Below are positions 10,114 through 19,175 of a stretch of DNA of 64,000 nucleotides, one piece after another. Source of the stretch: a virus. Lineage: Duplodnaviria > Caudoviricetes. Position 1 is the first letter of the stretch, and every line of letters starts with the position of its first letter. The stretch spans positions 9,766 to 73,765 of IMG/VR virus record IMGVR_UViG_3300033076_001048. One strand, 5' to 3'. The translations under genes and the position numbers were made by a program. The notes beneath the pieces were generated by a model. The model was not told where the DNA came from, made no database searches, and saw only the letters and a list, made by a program, of their open reading frames with translations.

Positions 10114-11304
10114 TTAATTACCTGATACGGTAATAATAGGGGGAGTCATTTCAACCCTTCTATCAAGAGCGGTTTGACTTGAGTCGTGTGGTTTTTTCCA
10201 ATCAATACCTGATTTACTTGAGTCTTGTCCCATTCCTTTAGCGTTTACCCAATTTTCAACAGCGGTTGGGAAAATAGTTTTAATTAATTCGGGTTTTCCA
10301 CCACGAACAATTTCAAACGAATTTAAAAAATTATCAAAATTTTCTTTAACTCTATTTGCTCTTTGTTGACTTAAACATAAATCATAATTTTTTCTTGGTC
10401 CTTTACCCTTACCATATTGACTACATGCTTGTAAATTACCACCATCCATAGCTGATGGGTCGGCATCGGACGATGCATAACCTAATAAGGTTATTGGTCT
10501 ATCTAAAATATTTTTTAATCTACCCAATCTAAATGCACCGGTTAAAAATTTATTTAATTTTTTCAATTGTTCTTCTAAATCTTTCTTACCTTTTTCTGTT
10601 AATATATCTGAATCAAATTCAAATGGGTCCTGAAGTAAAAAAGTAAATTTTTCAGGTACAAATGTATCATCTTTTGGTTGTGGTTTACTAGATATTGGTT
10701 GTTTTCCAAAACCTATTTCACTAACCAACGCATTTCTACCTTTAATAGGTATATATGATTCTTTATAATTAGCATAAAAATATCCATCTTCATTTTTAGC
10801 CTTCATTAAACCATCTTGTTTTGCCTTAGCTCTTGAGATAACAACAGGTGCTGTCGCATTTAAAAACATTTTTCCTCCATCACCAAACATTACAACATAA
10901 TATGTTGGTAGTTTTTGATTTTCCCATTGGTATTGTAACGGTCCAAAACTTTTAACTAAAAATGTTTTAAATATATTTTGTAAATCTTGTTGGGCATCCA
11001 TTAATTTACTACTCGTTTCATATTTTTTTCCATTTACATCAAAGGCATAACTAACATTTTCATCTTTACTCCATATTTCACGAGCGTTTGTACCGTCAAA
11101 AAAATATATTTTATTACCATCATGGTAAATTCTTTCAGTTTTAGGACCTGGTACTCCAAAATAAAAAACATCTAACTCACCAGATGGTGTCAATGTAGCG
11201 TCTTGTTCCCAAATTAATTTAGTACCTGGTTTACTTTTATATGACTCGTGTAAACCACGAATACTGTTTTTTTCTTCTTGTGACAGTTCAAATAAGTTTT
11301 TCAT
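10114..11304 (-). CDS. leader-motif protein with C-terminal OmpA-like domain
   Basis: FEFDSDIL..LGYASSD..LSQQRANRV..DRRVE. Confidence 0.7.
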   Translation of the reverse strand: MKNLFELSQEEKNSIRGLHESYKSKPGTKLIWEQDATLTPSGELDVFYFGVPGPKTERIYHDGNKIYFFDGTNAREIWSKDENVSYAFDVNGKKYETSSKLMDAQQDLQNIFKTFLVKSFGPLQYQWENQKLPTYYVVMFGDGGKMFLNATAPVVISRAKAKQDGLMKAKNEDGYFYANYKESYIPIKGRNALVSEIGFGKQPISSKPQPKDDTFVPEKFTFLLQDPFEFDSDILTEKGKKDLEEQLKKLNKFLTGAFRLGRLKNILDRPITLLGYASSDADPSAMDGGNLQACSQYGKGKGPRKNYDLCLSQQRANRVKENFDNFLNSFEIVRGGKPELIKTIFPTAVENWVNAKGMGQDSSKSGIDWKKPHDSSQTALDRRVEMTPPIITVSGN

Positions 11305-11362
11305 AAATATTTTCTTATATAAATATCATTAATAATATAAAATGTATAGGTATTTATAAACA

Positions 11363-12010
11363 ATGGACAACGACAAGTTAAATAAAATTCAAGACCTTTT
11401 AGAGGATGAAGAATTTAAGGTGGATAATTTTGAATTTAAGTTATGGTTAGTAAGAAAAAGTTGGGCGGATAGTCTTTTTTTTGATTTTAAAGTTTACAAC
11501 CCTAATGATGAACCGTTTTGTCGACAATGTTTAGAATCTTCATTGTATCAAGAATTAAAACCATATTTAAGATATTTTAATATTGATGAAAATATCACCA
11601 TCAACATTTACGATAAAGACAGAGTTTTAGAACCCTATTATATTACTGATGATTTTGTTGATGGATTATTTGATTCAATAAAGGATATTACTGATATTGA
11701 TTATGATGATAATACTGATTATGATGATTTAAAAATCAAAATAAAACAAAAACCTTTAAAAATAAGTGTTGAGATAATACATGACAATACAATTAAATTA
11801 ACTGTATTTGCAAAATATATTTCACATGAAATAATTTTTGATGGTAAAATTGAAGATACTTCACCATTGAATATTGGTAATCATTGGGACGATTTTGTAT
11901 CAGCATTACATATTGATGAATCTTGGTATCACGAAAGTATCAATAATTATTTGGAAAAACACCCTTCAATGGAATGTATGGGTGTTTATTTGAATTCGAA
12001 ATTCATCTAA
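11363..12010 (+). CDS. acidic hypothetical protein
   Basis: 215-aa ORF after TATTTAT. Confidence 0.65.
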   Translation: MDNDKLNKIQDLLEDEEFKVDNFEFKLWLVRKSWADSLFFDFKVYNPNDEPFCRQCLESSLYQELKPYLRYFNIDENITINIYDKDRVLEPYYITDDFVDGLFDSIKDITDIDYDDNTDYDDLKIKIKQKPLKISVEIIHDNTIKLTVFAKYISHEIIFDGKIEDTSPLNIGNHWDDFVSALHIDESWYHESINNYLEKHPSMECMGVYLNSKFI

Positions 12011-12350
12011 GTTCAAACTTGATTGTAATATCTCGGGCAATTGATTTGTGCCCTGTTAGTTCGGTATAAATCATTTGAATATCTTTTTCAAATCCAATAA
12101 TATCATAGTTTTTTCCAAAACATTGTATGAATGGCCAAAACCCTACTACATCACCTTCCTTAAATTTTTCCTTACATTCACTTTTGATTTTTTTGTAAAA
12201 ACCCTCTTTGGTTGTTAAATGTAAATCACAGATAAACATACCCATTTTTATGCCAGGACCTCTTGTAATATCAACACGCTCAACAAAAGCATACTTTCTT
12301 GGTAAATAAGAATTCAAAGCTTTTTGATACCCTATGCGTGTTATTTCCAT
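12003..12350 (-). CDS. hypothetical protein
   Basis: ORF track; probable start MEITRIG. Confidence 0.55.
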   Translation of the reverse strand: MEITRIGYQKALNSYLPRKYAFVERVDITRGPGIKMGMFICDLHLTTKEGFYKKIKSECKEKFKEGDVVGFWPFIQCFGKNYDIIGFEKDIQMIYTELTGHKSIARDITIKFELR

Positions 12351-12401
12351 GATAATAAATATCATTTATTAAGAAATAAGATATTTATGTTTAACACTAT
12401 T

Positions 12402-13136
12402 ATGGAAAACAGAAAATTAAACGAACAGCTTAATAAAATGAAGTCATTAATGACTGAACAAGAGGTTCAAGAAGATATGTTAGATGACATCAAAGACTAC
12501 CTTTACGGTAAAGTTCAAGGTGTTAAAACAAAGTTAACAGGTGCGTTTGATGACTTATTAGATACAGGTGATTCATCTGAAGTAAGTTCATCATTTGTTG
12601 TACCTGATGAAAAGCCTGAAGAATTATCACAAGAAGAAAAAATGGAAGTTTTTTCAAAAGTTAAATCAGATGATGATTTTTACAAAGCAATTTTATTTGG
12701 TATTGGTGCACCAACATCAAAACACAATATTGATTTCTTAAAATTATGGAGAATTGCAGAAATGGGAACTGAAGGTGTTGGTAAAAAAAGATTAACAGCA
12801 ACTAATAACCCTTTGAATACAACATTAAGTTACCCAATGGACCATGAAAGTAAAAATTATAATACTATTGGTGTAAAACATTATTCTAAACCAGAATACG
12901 GTGTAGATGCAACAATCAAGACATTAAAAAATGGTTACTACAACTGTATCGTTGAAGGTTTGAGACAAGGTAAAAAATATAACGAAATTGCGGGTTGTAG
13001 AACAAGAGATGGTAAAAAGGGTGAGTTAGATGTTTGGGGGACTGGTTCTAAAAATATGTTATCTATGATTGAGAAGTATCATGGTAAAGAAGATATGGCA
13101 AGAAAGATTGACCAAGAAATTCCAAAACAATCTTAA
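12402..13136 (+). CDS. leader-motif protein with lysozyme-like domain
   Basis: AEMG..TNNPLNTT..VKHYSKPEYGVDATIKTL pattern. Confidence 0.5.
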   Translation: MENRKLNEQLNKMKSLMTEQEVQEDMLDDIKDYLYGKVQGVKTKLTGAFDDLLDTGDSSEVSSSFVVPDEKPEELSQEEKMEVFSKVKSDDDFYKAILFGIGAPTSKHNIDFLKLWRIAEMGTEGVGKKRLTATNNPLNTTLSYPMDHESKNYNTIGVKHYSKPEYGVDATIKTLKNGYYNCIVEGLRQGKKYNEIAGCRTRDGKKGELDVWGTGSKNMLSMIEKYHGKEDMARKIDQEIPKQS

Positions 13137-13399
13137 ATACAATCGATATTAATATTAAAATATAATATGAGTCTATCCAACCCCAACAGGTTGGATATTC
13201 TTTTTTTAATATCTTCTTTTAATATTTGTAAGTTCATTCCCTCTTGATAGTTCCACTCTTCTAATTTTAACGATAACCACATACATTTTTTTTCTTGGTC
13301 TTCAAATTCATTTAATTCAACAATGGAAAATTTATATTTTTGGTTTTCTTGGAAGTCGTGTATAATGTCCAACATCAACGTGTTTGTAATCATGGACAA
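13133..13399 (-). CDS. hypothetical protein
   Basis: ORF track. Confidence 0.55.
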   Translation of the reverse strand: MSMITNTLMLDIIHDFQENQKYKFSIVELNEFEDQEKKCMWLSLKLEEWNYQEGMNLQILKEDIKKRISNLLGLDRLILYFNINIDCI

Positions 13400-13485
13400 T
13401 TAATAGTTAATTTAATTTATTGTGTAAATAAAAAATCCCCCACCTTGTTTAAGATGAGGGATTTATGAAAATAAAAATGATGTTA

Positions 13486-13821
13486 TTAAAGTTTGTTTAC
13501 CTCTGGATGTCTACCAAGTTCAGCGTGTAATGCTTCTACTGCCTTAATTAAATTTGTGTATTTTGTCTTAATCGTTGGGTTTTTAGAGTAGTCAATGTTG
13601 TGATAATGTTTTTCAAATTCCGCCTTAGCTTTAGCTAAACTATCATATAATTTTTGAGCCACAGGTTTTTCTTTCTTTGGCTTAGTTTCTTTTGCTGGTT
13701 CTTCAGTGGCTGTTGCTTCTGGCATCGGAGACATTCCCTGAATACCTACTAATTGGTTTTCATTTACAACTTTATTAATTAGGTCAACTAATTGTGATTC
13801 TGATAATCTTATTGTTTTCAT
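13486..13821 (-). CDS. leader-motif hypothetical protein
   Basis: MKTIRLSESQLVDLINKVVNE start. Confidence 0.7.
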   Translation of the reverse strand: MKTIRLSESQLVDLINKVVNENQLVGIQGMSPMPEATATEEPAKETKPKKEKPVAQKLYDSLAKAKAEFEKHYHNIDYSKNPTIKTKYTNLIKAVEALHAELGRHPEVNKL

Positions 13822-13860
13822 ATTTGTTTTCTATATAAATATATCAATTTATTTGTTTTT

Positions 13861-14832
13861 TCACTTTCTTAATTTTTGAATTAATTTTTCCAATTCTTTC
13901 TTTTTCAACTCTAATCTTTCAATCTCCTTTTCTTTATCGGTACCGTATGCAAAATGTTGTTTTACTTTTTTGATGTTAGGAGAACCAGTATCTTTCTTTA
14001 TACCAAAATCAAAATTTGTAATCAATGGTTCTTCATAGAATCTTGCGTAGTCTTTACCATCTTTTACAATTCTATTTTTTTCATTTGCAAAAATGATAAA
14101 AGTATCACCATCAACAAACATAATGACTTGAACATCTTTTGGTTTATATTGTATTGGATTGTATGAAGATGATTTAATTCTATAATAAACGGTTCCTTCA
14201 GGGTCCGTCCATCTTCTAGAAAGTTTTGTATCAAAGGGTTTTACTTGTGCAGAAAAATTTGACCCGTTAGGAAGAGTCACAATTAAATCCTTTCCTTTAG
14301 AAAAGTCTTCCAAAGCACCTGAACAAAATTTTTGTATTGTAATACCTGGTAATTTATCATTTAAAATTTCAATAGATTTTCTCTCACGTGCCTCACCCTT
14401 TAAATAAGTTTCTAAATTTTTTCTTACTAATTCATTTATGTATCTACCGTTAGGTGTGAATAAATCTTCTGCGTTTTGTTTAACCCAATTATAAACATTT
14501 CCTTTATCACCTGATTGGACATGTAGTTCTTTTATTTTATTGTGAACCAATGAGTTGGTATCAAATCTATTTACAATCGACCAATTATATTGTTCTTCAC
14601 CAGGATGTGCAAGTTCTTTTGGACCAATGATACCTTCTTTAGTTTGACAAAGGTCTTTAAACTCAGGATAAACATCTTGTACTGTTGACCATTGCGTTCC
14701 AGCTGGAATTTTGTAACCATCACCAGTATAAATCTGTCTTAGTAATGGTCTAATAGTCCTCATCATTTCAGTATCAAAACTGAAACTAGCCTCAACTATA
14801 ATCTGTTTTAAAGAATCCAAAAAATTCATCAT
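13861..14832 (-). CDS. leader-motif protein, possible PD-(D/E)xK nuclease
   Basis: E..S..L helix, GKDLIV then SAQVKP. Confidence 0.5.
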   Translation of the reverse strand: MMNFLDSLKQIIVEASFSFDTEMMRTIRPLLRQIYTGDGYKIPAGTQWSTVQDVYPEFKDLCQTKEGIIGPKELAHPGEEQYNWSIVNRFDTNSLVHNKIKELHVQSGDKGNVYNWVKQNAEDLFTPNGRYINELVRKNLETYLKGEARERKSIEILNDKLPGITIQKFCSGALEDFSKGKDLIVTLPNGSNFSAQVKPFDTKLSRRWTDPEGTVYYRIKSSSYNPIQYKPKDVQVIMFVDGDTFIIFANEKNRIVKDGKDYARFYEEPLITNFDFGIKKDTGSPNIKKVKQHFAYGTDKEKEIERLELKKKELEKLIQKLRK

Positions 14833-15013
14833 ATATAAATACCTCAAACTTTTTTTTAAGTCTTTGGTCTTTTTACCAAGAGTGTAATAATTATTATCTT
14901 ATTATAATATAATATATATTAATAATATTAATACTATTATATATAATTTATTTTTTATATAACTTCTTATAGAACTTATATGGATTTTTTGGTAAAGTTT
15001 TTGTATCGTTTAT

Positions 15014-15280
15014 TTGATGTCTATTCTACTTTTAACCTTCATCCAAGTACTTACCATCATTTCAGTATATGAGCTCGTCAGATGGTCTGTAATGAGTTTA
15101 TTTGATATGTTTTTACATGACACAATAATCAAAGAAAAACCCGTGAAGGTAAAAACTTGGAAGGACATGACACTTGACCATTATAGAAAACAAATTAAAA
15201 AAAATCAAACTGAACTTTATATGGAACAAAAAACCCCTTCGGGTTGGAAGGGGTTCAAGTGGTTACGTAAAATATTCTAA
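15014..15280 (+). CDS. small membrane protein
   Basis: Hydrophobic N-terminus. Confidence 0.5.
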   Translation: MMSILLLTFIQVLTIISVYELVRWSVMSLFDMFLHDTIIKEKPVKVKTWKDMTLDHYRKQIKKNQTELYMEQKTPSGWKGFKWLRKIF

Positions 15281-15781
15281 ATCATTGTCGTGGTCTTTAT
15301 CATCATCGTCACCACTTTTGTATAAGTCGATTAACGATTCACCATAAACATCCTTTAAGTATTCATATAGTTCATCCTCAATACTTGTTCCTTCGTATTC
15401 AGAAATTAATGACTTCAAAATACTATCAACATATTCAGATTCATTTTCAAAATCAGATGCGTAAGTACTTTTTAGTATTTCCTCAAAATATTCTGAGTGA
15501 ATTAATGAATCACCAATATTTTCAACACTTTCATCTTCCTCCATCATTTCATGAATTGTTACATCACCAACAGGTACAGGAGCAAAACTCTTATCAGTCA
15601 CATGTGATGGACCGTGTTTTTTTGAGATTTCTTTTAAAATTCTGTCCAAAACCAACATACCTCTTTCGTGACCAAATTCTTTAAAATATTTATTAATTGC
15701 TTTGTATAAAGACAACTCAGGCTTGTGTTCATCTTCCATTAACGCAATGTTTTTTCTGATAGACTCTTTAATAGATTTCAT
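15263..15781 (-). CDS. acidic leader-motif protein
   Basis: MKSIKESIRKNIALME start. Confidence 0.65.
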   Translation of the reverse strand: MKSIKESIRKNIALMEDEHKPELSLYKAINKYFKEFGHERGMLVLDRILKEISKKHGPSHVTDKSFAPVPVGDVTIHEMMEEDESVENIGDSLIHSEYFEEILKSTYASDFENESEYVDSILKSLISEYEGTSIEDELYEYLKDVYGESLIDLYKSGDDDDKDHDNDLEYFT

Positions 15782-16027
15782 GATTTGTTTTTCATAATAA
15801 ATATCAGTATATTTGTCTTATGTTTGAATTAATATGTTTTGGTTGGAGTTTTTGTTTATATCGGTTGTTAACCTTAAAGAAAATACCGGCTCTTTCATTT
15901 GGTAGTGAAATAAAAATGTTACTTGGTTATGGTATATGGTATTCTATAATATCCATAGTCTTTGTAATTGTTTCGTACTTGTTAAAATAATAAGAAATCA
16001 TAAATCTCGTATATTTATAAAAATATC

Positions 16028-17171
16028 ATGCGTGATTTAATTAAAAAAATATTAAAAGAAGAAGTTGGGGTACCTCGTGGGATTACAGATTCTGCACAAA
16101 AGTTATATAATGATATTATAACAAGATTAAAAAGAAAAACAGTAACAGGTAATTCTAACTTTAGTTTATCGTTTAAAAATACAAATAAAAAATATTCTTT
16201 TTCTGATTATCAAGATTTTGAAAACATAATAGTTGAATTTGAGTTTGATGGGTATGATGAGAGTGAAACTCATAAAGGAATTTTAGTCTTGGGATTGGGT
16301 CATAACGGTCAATCTCAATTAGATAATGGTTTTAAATTGAATAATGTTGACACTGACGAAATAAAACTTTCAATTAATTTAGCAATTCCAACCTCAATTA
16401 GTGAGGTTGATAATAAAATTATTATCCAAACTCTACAAGATAATAAAAGTCTAATTATGTCATCATTAGCACATGAATTGAAACATGCGTATGATAGTTA
16501 CAAAAAACCTTCTGAAACTGTAAAACAAAGGTCGTTATATGGTGCATATTCAGGTACTCGTTTTGGTATTGAAGAACTTTATCACAGCAATTGAAAACTT
16601 GGTTAGACCTTCTGAAATTTATAGCTTGATGCAACAGGGTGAAATATCTCAAAAAGATTTTTTAAATTTTATTTCAAGTAACAGAACGTATTCAACACTT
16701 AAAGACATAAATGAATTTAGTCTTGAAAATATGATTAAATCATTAAAACAAAAACCTGAAGAAATTGATAAATTTTTATCAAACGTTGAGGATTATGAAA
16801 TTCCAGAGTCAATGGATGTGAAAATAAATGATTTATTAAAAATAGTTTATTTTGAATTACAGAAAAGAACATTACAGAGAGCACACTCAATGTTAACAAA
16901 CAATTTCTTTGAGGCTATGTTTGGTTTGTCAGATGAAAAAATGAAATTTTTAAATTCTTTTGAGAGCGAAATTCTAAAATTTAAAAAAAATCCATTGAAA
17001 TATTTTGAATTTCAAGAGAAAAAGTTTAAATTTGTAAGCGAAAAAATGATGAGACGATTATCAAAATTATATTCTTTGGCTAAGCCAAACCCTATTAAAT
17101 TGGTTCATAAAGACCCAGTAACATATGAAATGAAAATGTTAGAGTCTAAACCAAGAAATATAAAATCTTAA
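16028..17171 (+). pseudogene. leader-motif HExxH protein broken by a frame shift near 16575
   Basis: ORF 16028-16594 (AHELKH) continues in another frame (FITAIENLVRPSE) to 17171. Confidence 0.55.
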
Positions 17172-17181
17172 TACCAAAATT

Positions 17182-17631
17182 GTGGACATAATTGGTGATT
17201 TATCACGAATACGAACTATTTTATCAGAAAACAAAAAAGAAAATTCTGATGAAAAAGAAGTTTTAATGGATTTATTAACGTTTTTAATTCCTGACCATAG
17301 TGTTTACAATCCTAATGTGATTTATTTGGATAGGAATTCGGATGAGTATCAAAAAATTTACATACAATACAGCGTAAATAAAGAACATACTAATATTGAA
17401 AAAGAAGAATCTTACGATGATGATGACGTATTAAGTACAGAATATAGAGGTACAGTCTATCTAACAATAGAAAAACTTAACATTCTTGACGAATATAATA
17501 ATATTTTGGTTGAAGATGCAGACTGGTACGATGTACCTGGATATGTTTTTGAAGAATTTGAGGGTGTGTTAGGTCTTTTGTGCCACAAATACGGTATGGA
17601 TGTCGATTTTGACTACATAATAGAAGACTAA
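17182..17631 (+). CDS. acidic leader-motif protein
   Basis: Shares YRGTVYL..WYDVP pattern with 17863-18552. Confidence 0.65.
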   Translation: MDIIGDLSRIRTILSENKKENSDEKEVLMDLLTFLIPDHSVYNPNVIYLDRNSDEYQKIYIQYSVNKEHTNIEKEESYDDDDVLSTEYRGTVYLTIEKLNILDEYNNILVEDADWYDVPGYVFEEFEGVLGLLCHKYGMDVDFDYIIED

Positions 17632-17639
17632 ATGAGGTA

Positions 17640-17825
17640 TTAGCTCATTAATCTATTGATTTCTCTCATAATTTGATGTTGTTGAGACTCAATAACCTTA
17701 ATTTGTCTCTCTTGTTCCTCTGTAAGATTTACCTGTGTTAGTCTGATATCAGCAATTCTGTTTCTTAATTTGTCAAATTCTGACATCAAAAAGGAATATC
17801 TTTGGGCTTTTTGTTCGTTGTTCAT
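17640..17825 (-). CDS. small coiled-coil protein
   Basis: ORF track. Confidence 0.55.
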   Translation of the reverse strand: MNNEQKAQRYSFLMSEFDKLRNRIADIRLTQVNLTEEQERQIKVIESQQHQIMREINRLMS

Positions 17826-17862
17826 AATTTAAAGGTAATTAGATTATCAAAAATGTATAGAT

Positions 17863-18552
17863 TTAATCTTCATTTTTACAGAGAACATCGTATTCACTCA
17901 TTAAAGTATCACCATATCTTTCTAACATTATTTCATGTAATTCATCAATATATTCTTCAGTTGTTGGTTCAATAATGCTTCGTGATACAGCTCTTGATAT
18001 TGTATAGTCAATTATTGCTTCGGCAAAATCTAAATCATCTTCAAAAAAATCACAACTATCTTTATAATCTTCAATAACATCAAATAGTAGGTCAGACAAA
18101 CCATCAGGTAGTGTAGACTCATATAATACTGATTCATTCATATATTCACCTGACATATAAATATCAAAATCAACATCGGTATCAAAATATTTTTTTACTT
18201 GTTCCCAAATTTTCATTTTAAACTCATCCCATATATAATCAGGGATGTCATCATATCCATACATTCTCTCCCATGTATCTTGGTCTTTAAAACCAACCAA
18301 CAATCTATCAACAATAATATAAATGGTACCCTCATATTTTGTAGAACCCCAATTAATATCCCAAATAGAAGATTTTTTTACATGATATTCTATGGATACA
18401 TCTAATGGTATTTCATCAAAAGTGTTATAATATTCTGTGTTGTATTCACCAAAATTATTATTAATGAAATCGGTAATTAGTTCACCAATTTCAGTATCAC
18501 GTTCTTCTTTAAGTATTTTTTTGAATTGTGATTCAGTAATAATTAATTTCAT
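17863..18552 (-). CDS. acidic leader-motif protein
   Basis: MKLIITESQFKKILKEE start. Confidence 0.75.
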   Translation of the reverse strand: MKLIITESQFKKILKEERDTEIGELITDFINNNFGEYNTEYYNTFDEIPLDVSIEYHVKKSSIWDINWGSTKYEGTIYIIVDRLLVGFKDQDTWERMYGYDDIPDYIWDEFKMKIWEQVKKYFDTDVDFDIYMSGEYMNESVLYESTLPDGLSDLLFDVIEDYKDSCDFFEDDLDFAEAIIDYTISRAVSRSIIEPTTEEYIDELHEIMLERYGDTLMSEYDVLCKNED

Positions 18553-18584
18553 TAATTATAAATACCACAAAAATCACATTTAAA

Positions 18585-19115
18585 TTAATAGTTAACTACA
18601 ATATTTGGGTTTAAATCAAATTCTTCAAGCAATATTTTTTTAATATTATGTGTGATTTCATATCTTGAGGACTCAAAATATACTCGTCTTTTAAATGTAA
18701 TTTTCATTGTTGGAATTAATTCACTTGAGTTTTCTTTTCTCTTAAGAGAAATCCCATGTATAGTTCCTTTACCTATTTCACGAATACGTGGTTTGATTTT
18801 TTTTTCTAATACTTCTTTATTCCATTTTTTTTCATCATCAGATATAAATGTAATACTTTTGTGAACCCATGTCATATCGCCTAAAAAACCATATTCTTTA
18901 ATTTTATTAATATGATTTACAAGATAATTTCTAATCTCATATGAACTTATATATTGTTTTGATGTCATTAAATTTGTGTAATTAAATTTCACATCACAGT
19001 ATACAGATAAATGACGACCAACTATAATACTATAATTTGTTTCCATGTCTTCATGAAAACTTTTAATACTATTAAATCTGTTTAAGAAATCCAATATTAA
19101 TTCTTGGTCTACCAT
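18585..19115 (-). CDS. hypothetical protein
   Basis: ORF track. Confidence 0.6.
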   Translation of the reverse strand: MVDQELILDFLNRFNSIKSFHEDMETNYSIIVGRHLSVYCDVKFNYTNLMTSKQYISSYEIRNYLVNHINKIKEYGFLGDMTWVHKSITFISDDEKKWNKEVLEKKIKPRIREIGKGTIHGISLKRKENSSELIPTMKITFKRRVYFESSRYEITHNIKKILLEEFDLNPNIVVNY

Positions 19116-19175
19116 AACAATACAAATATACTGAAATTATTTGAATTCACAAAAAAAACTTATTATCTTTATAAT

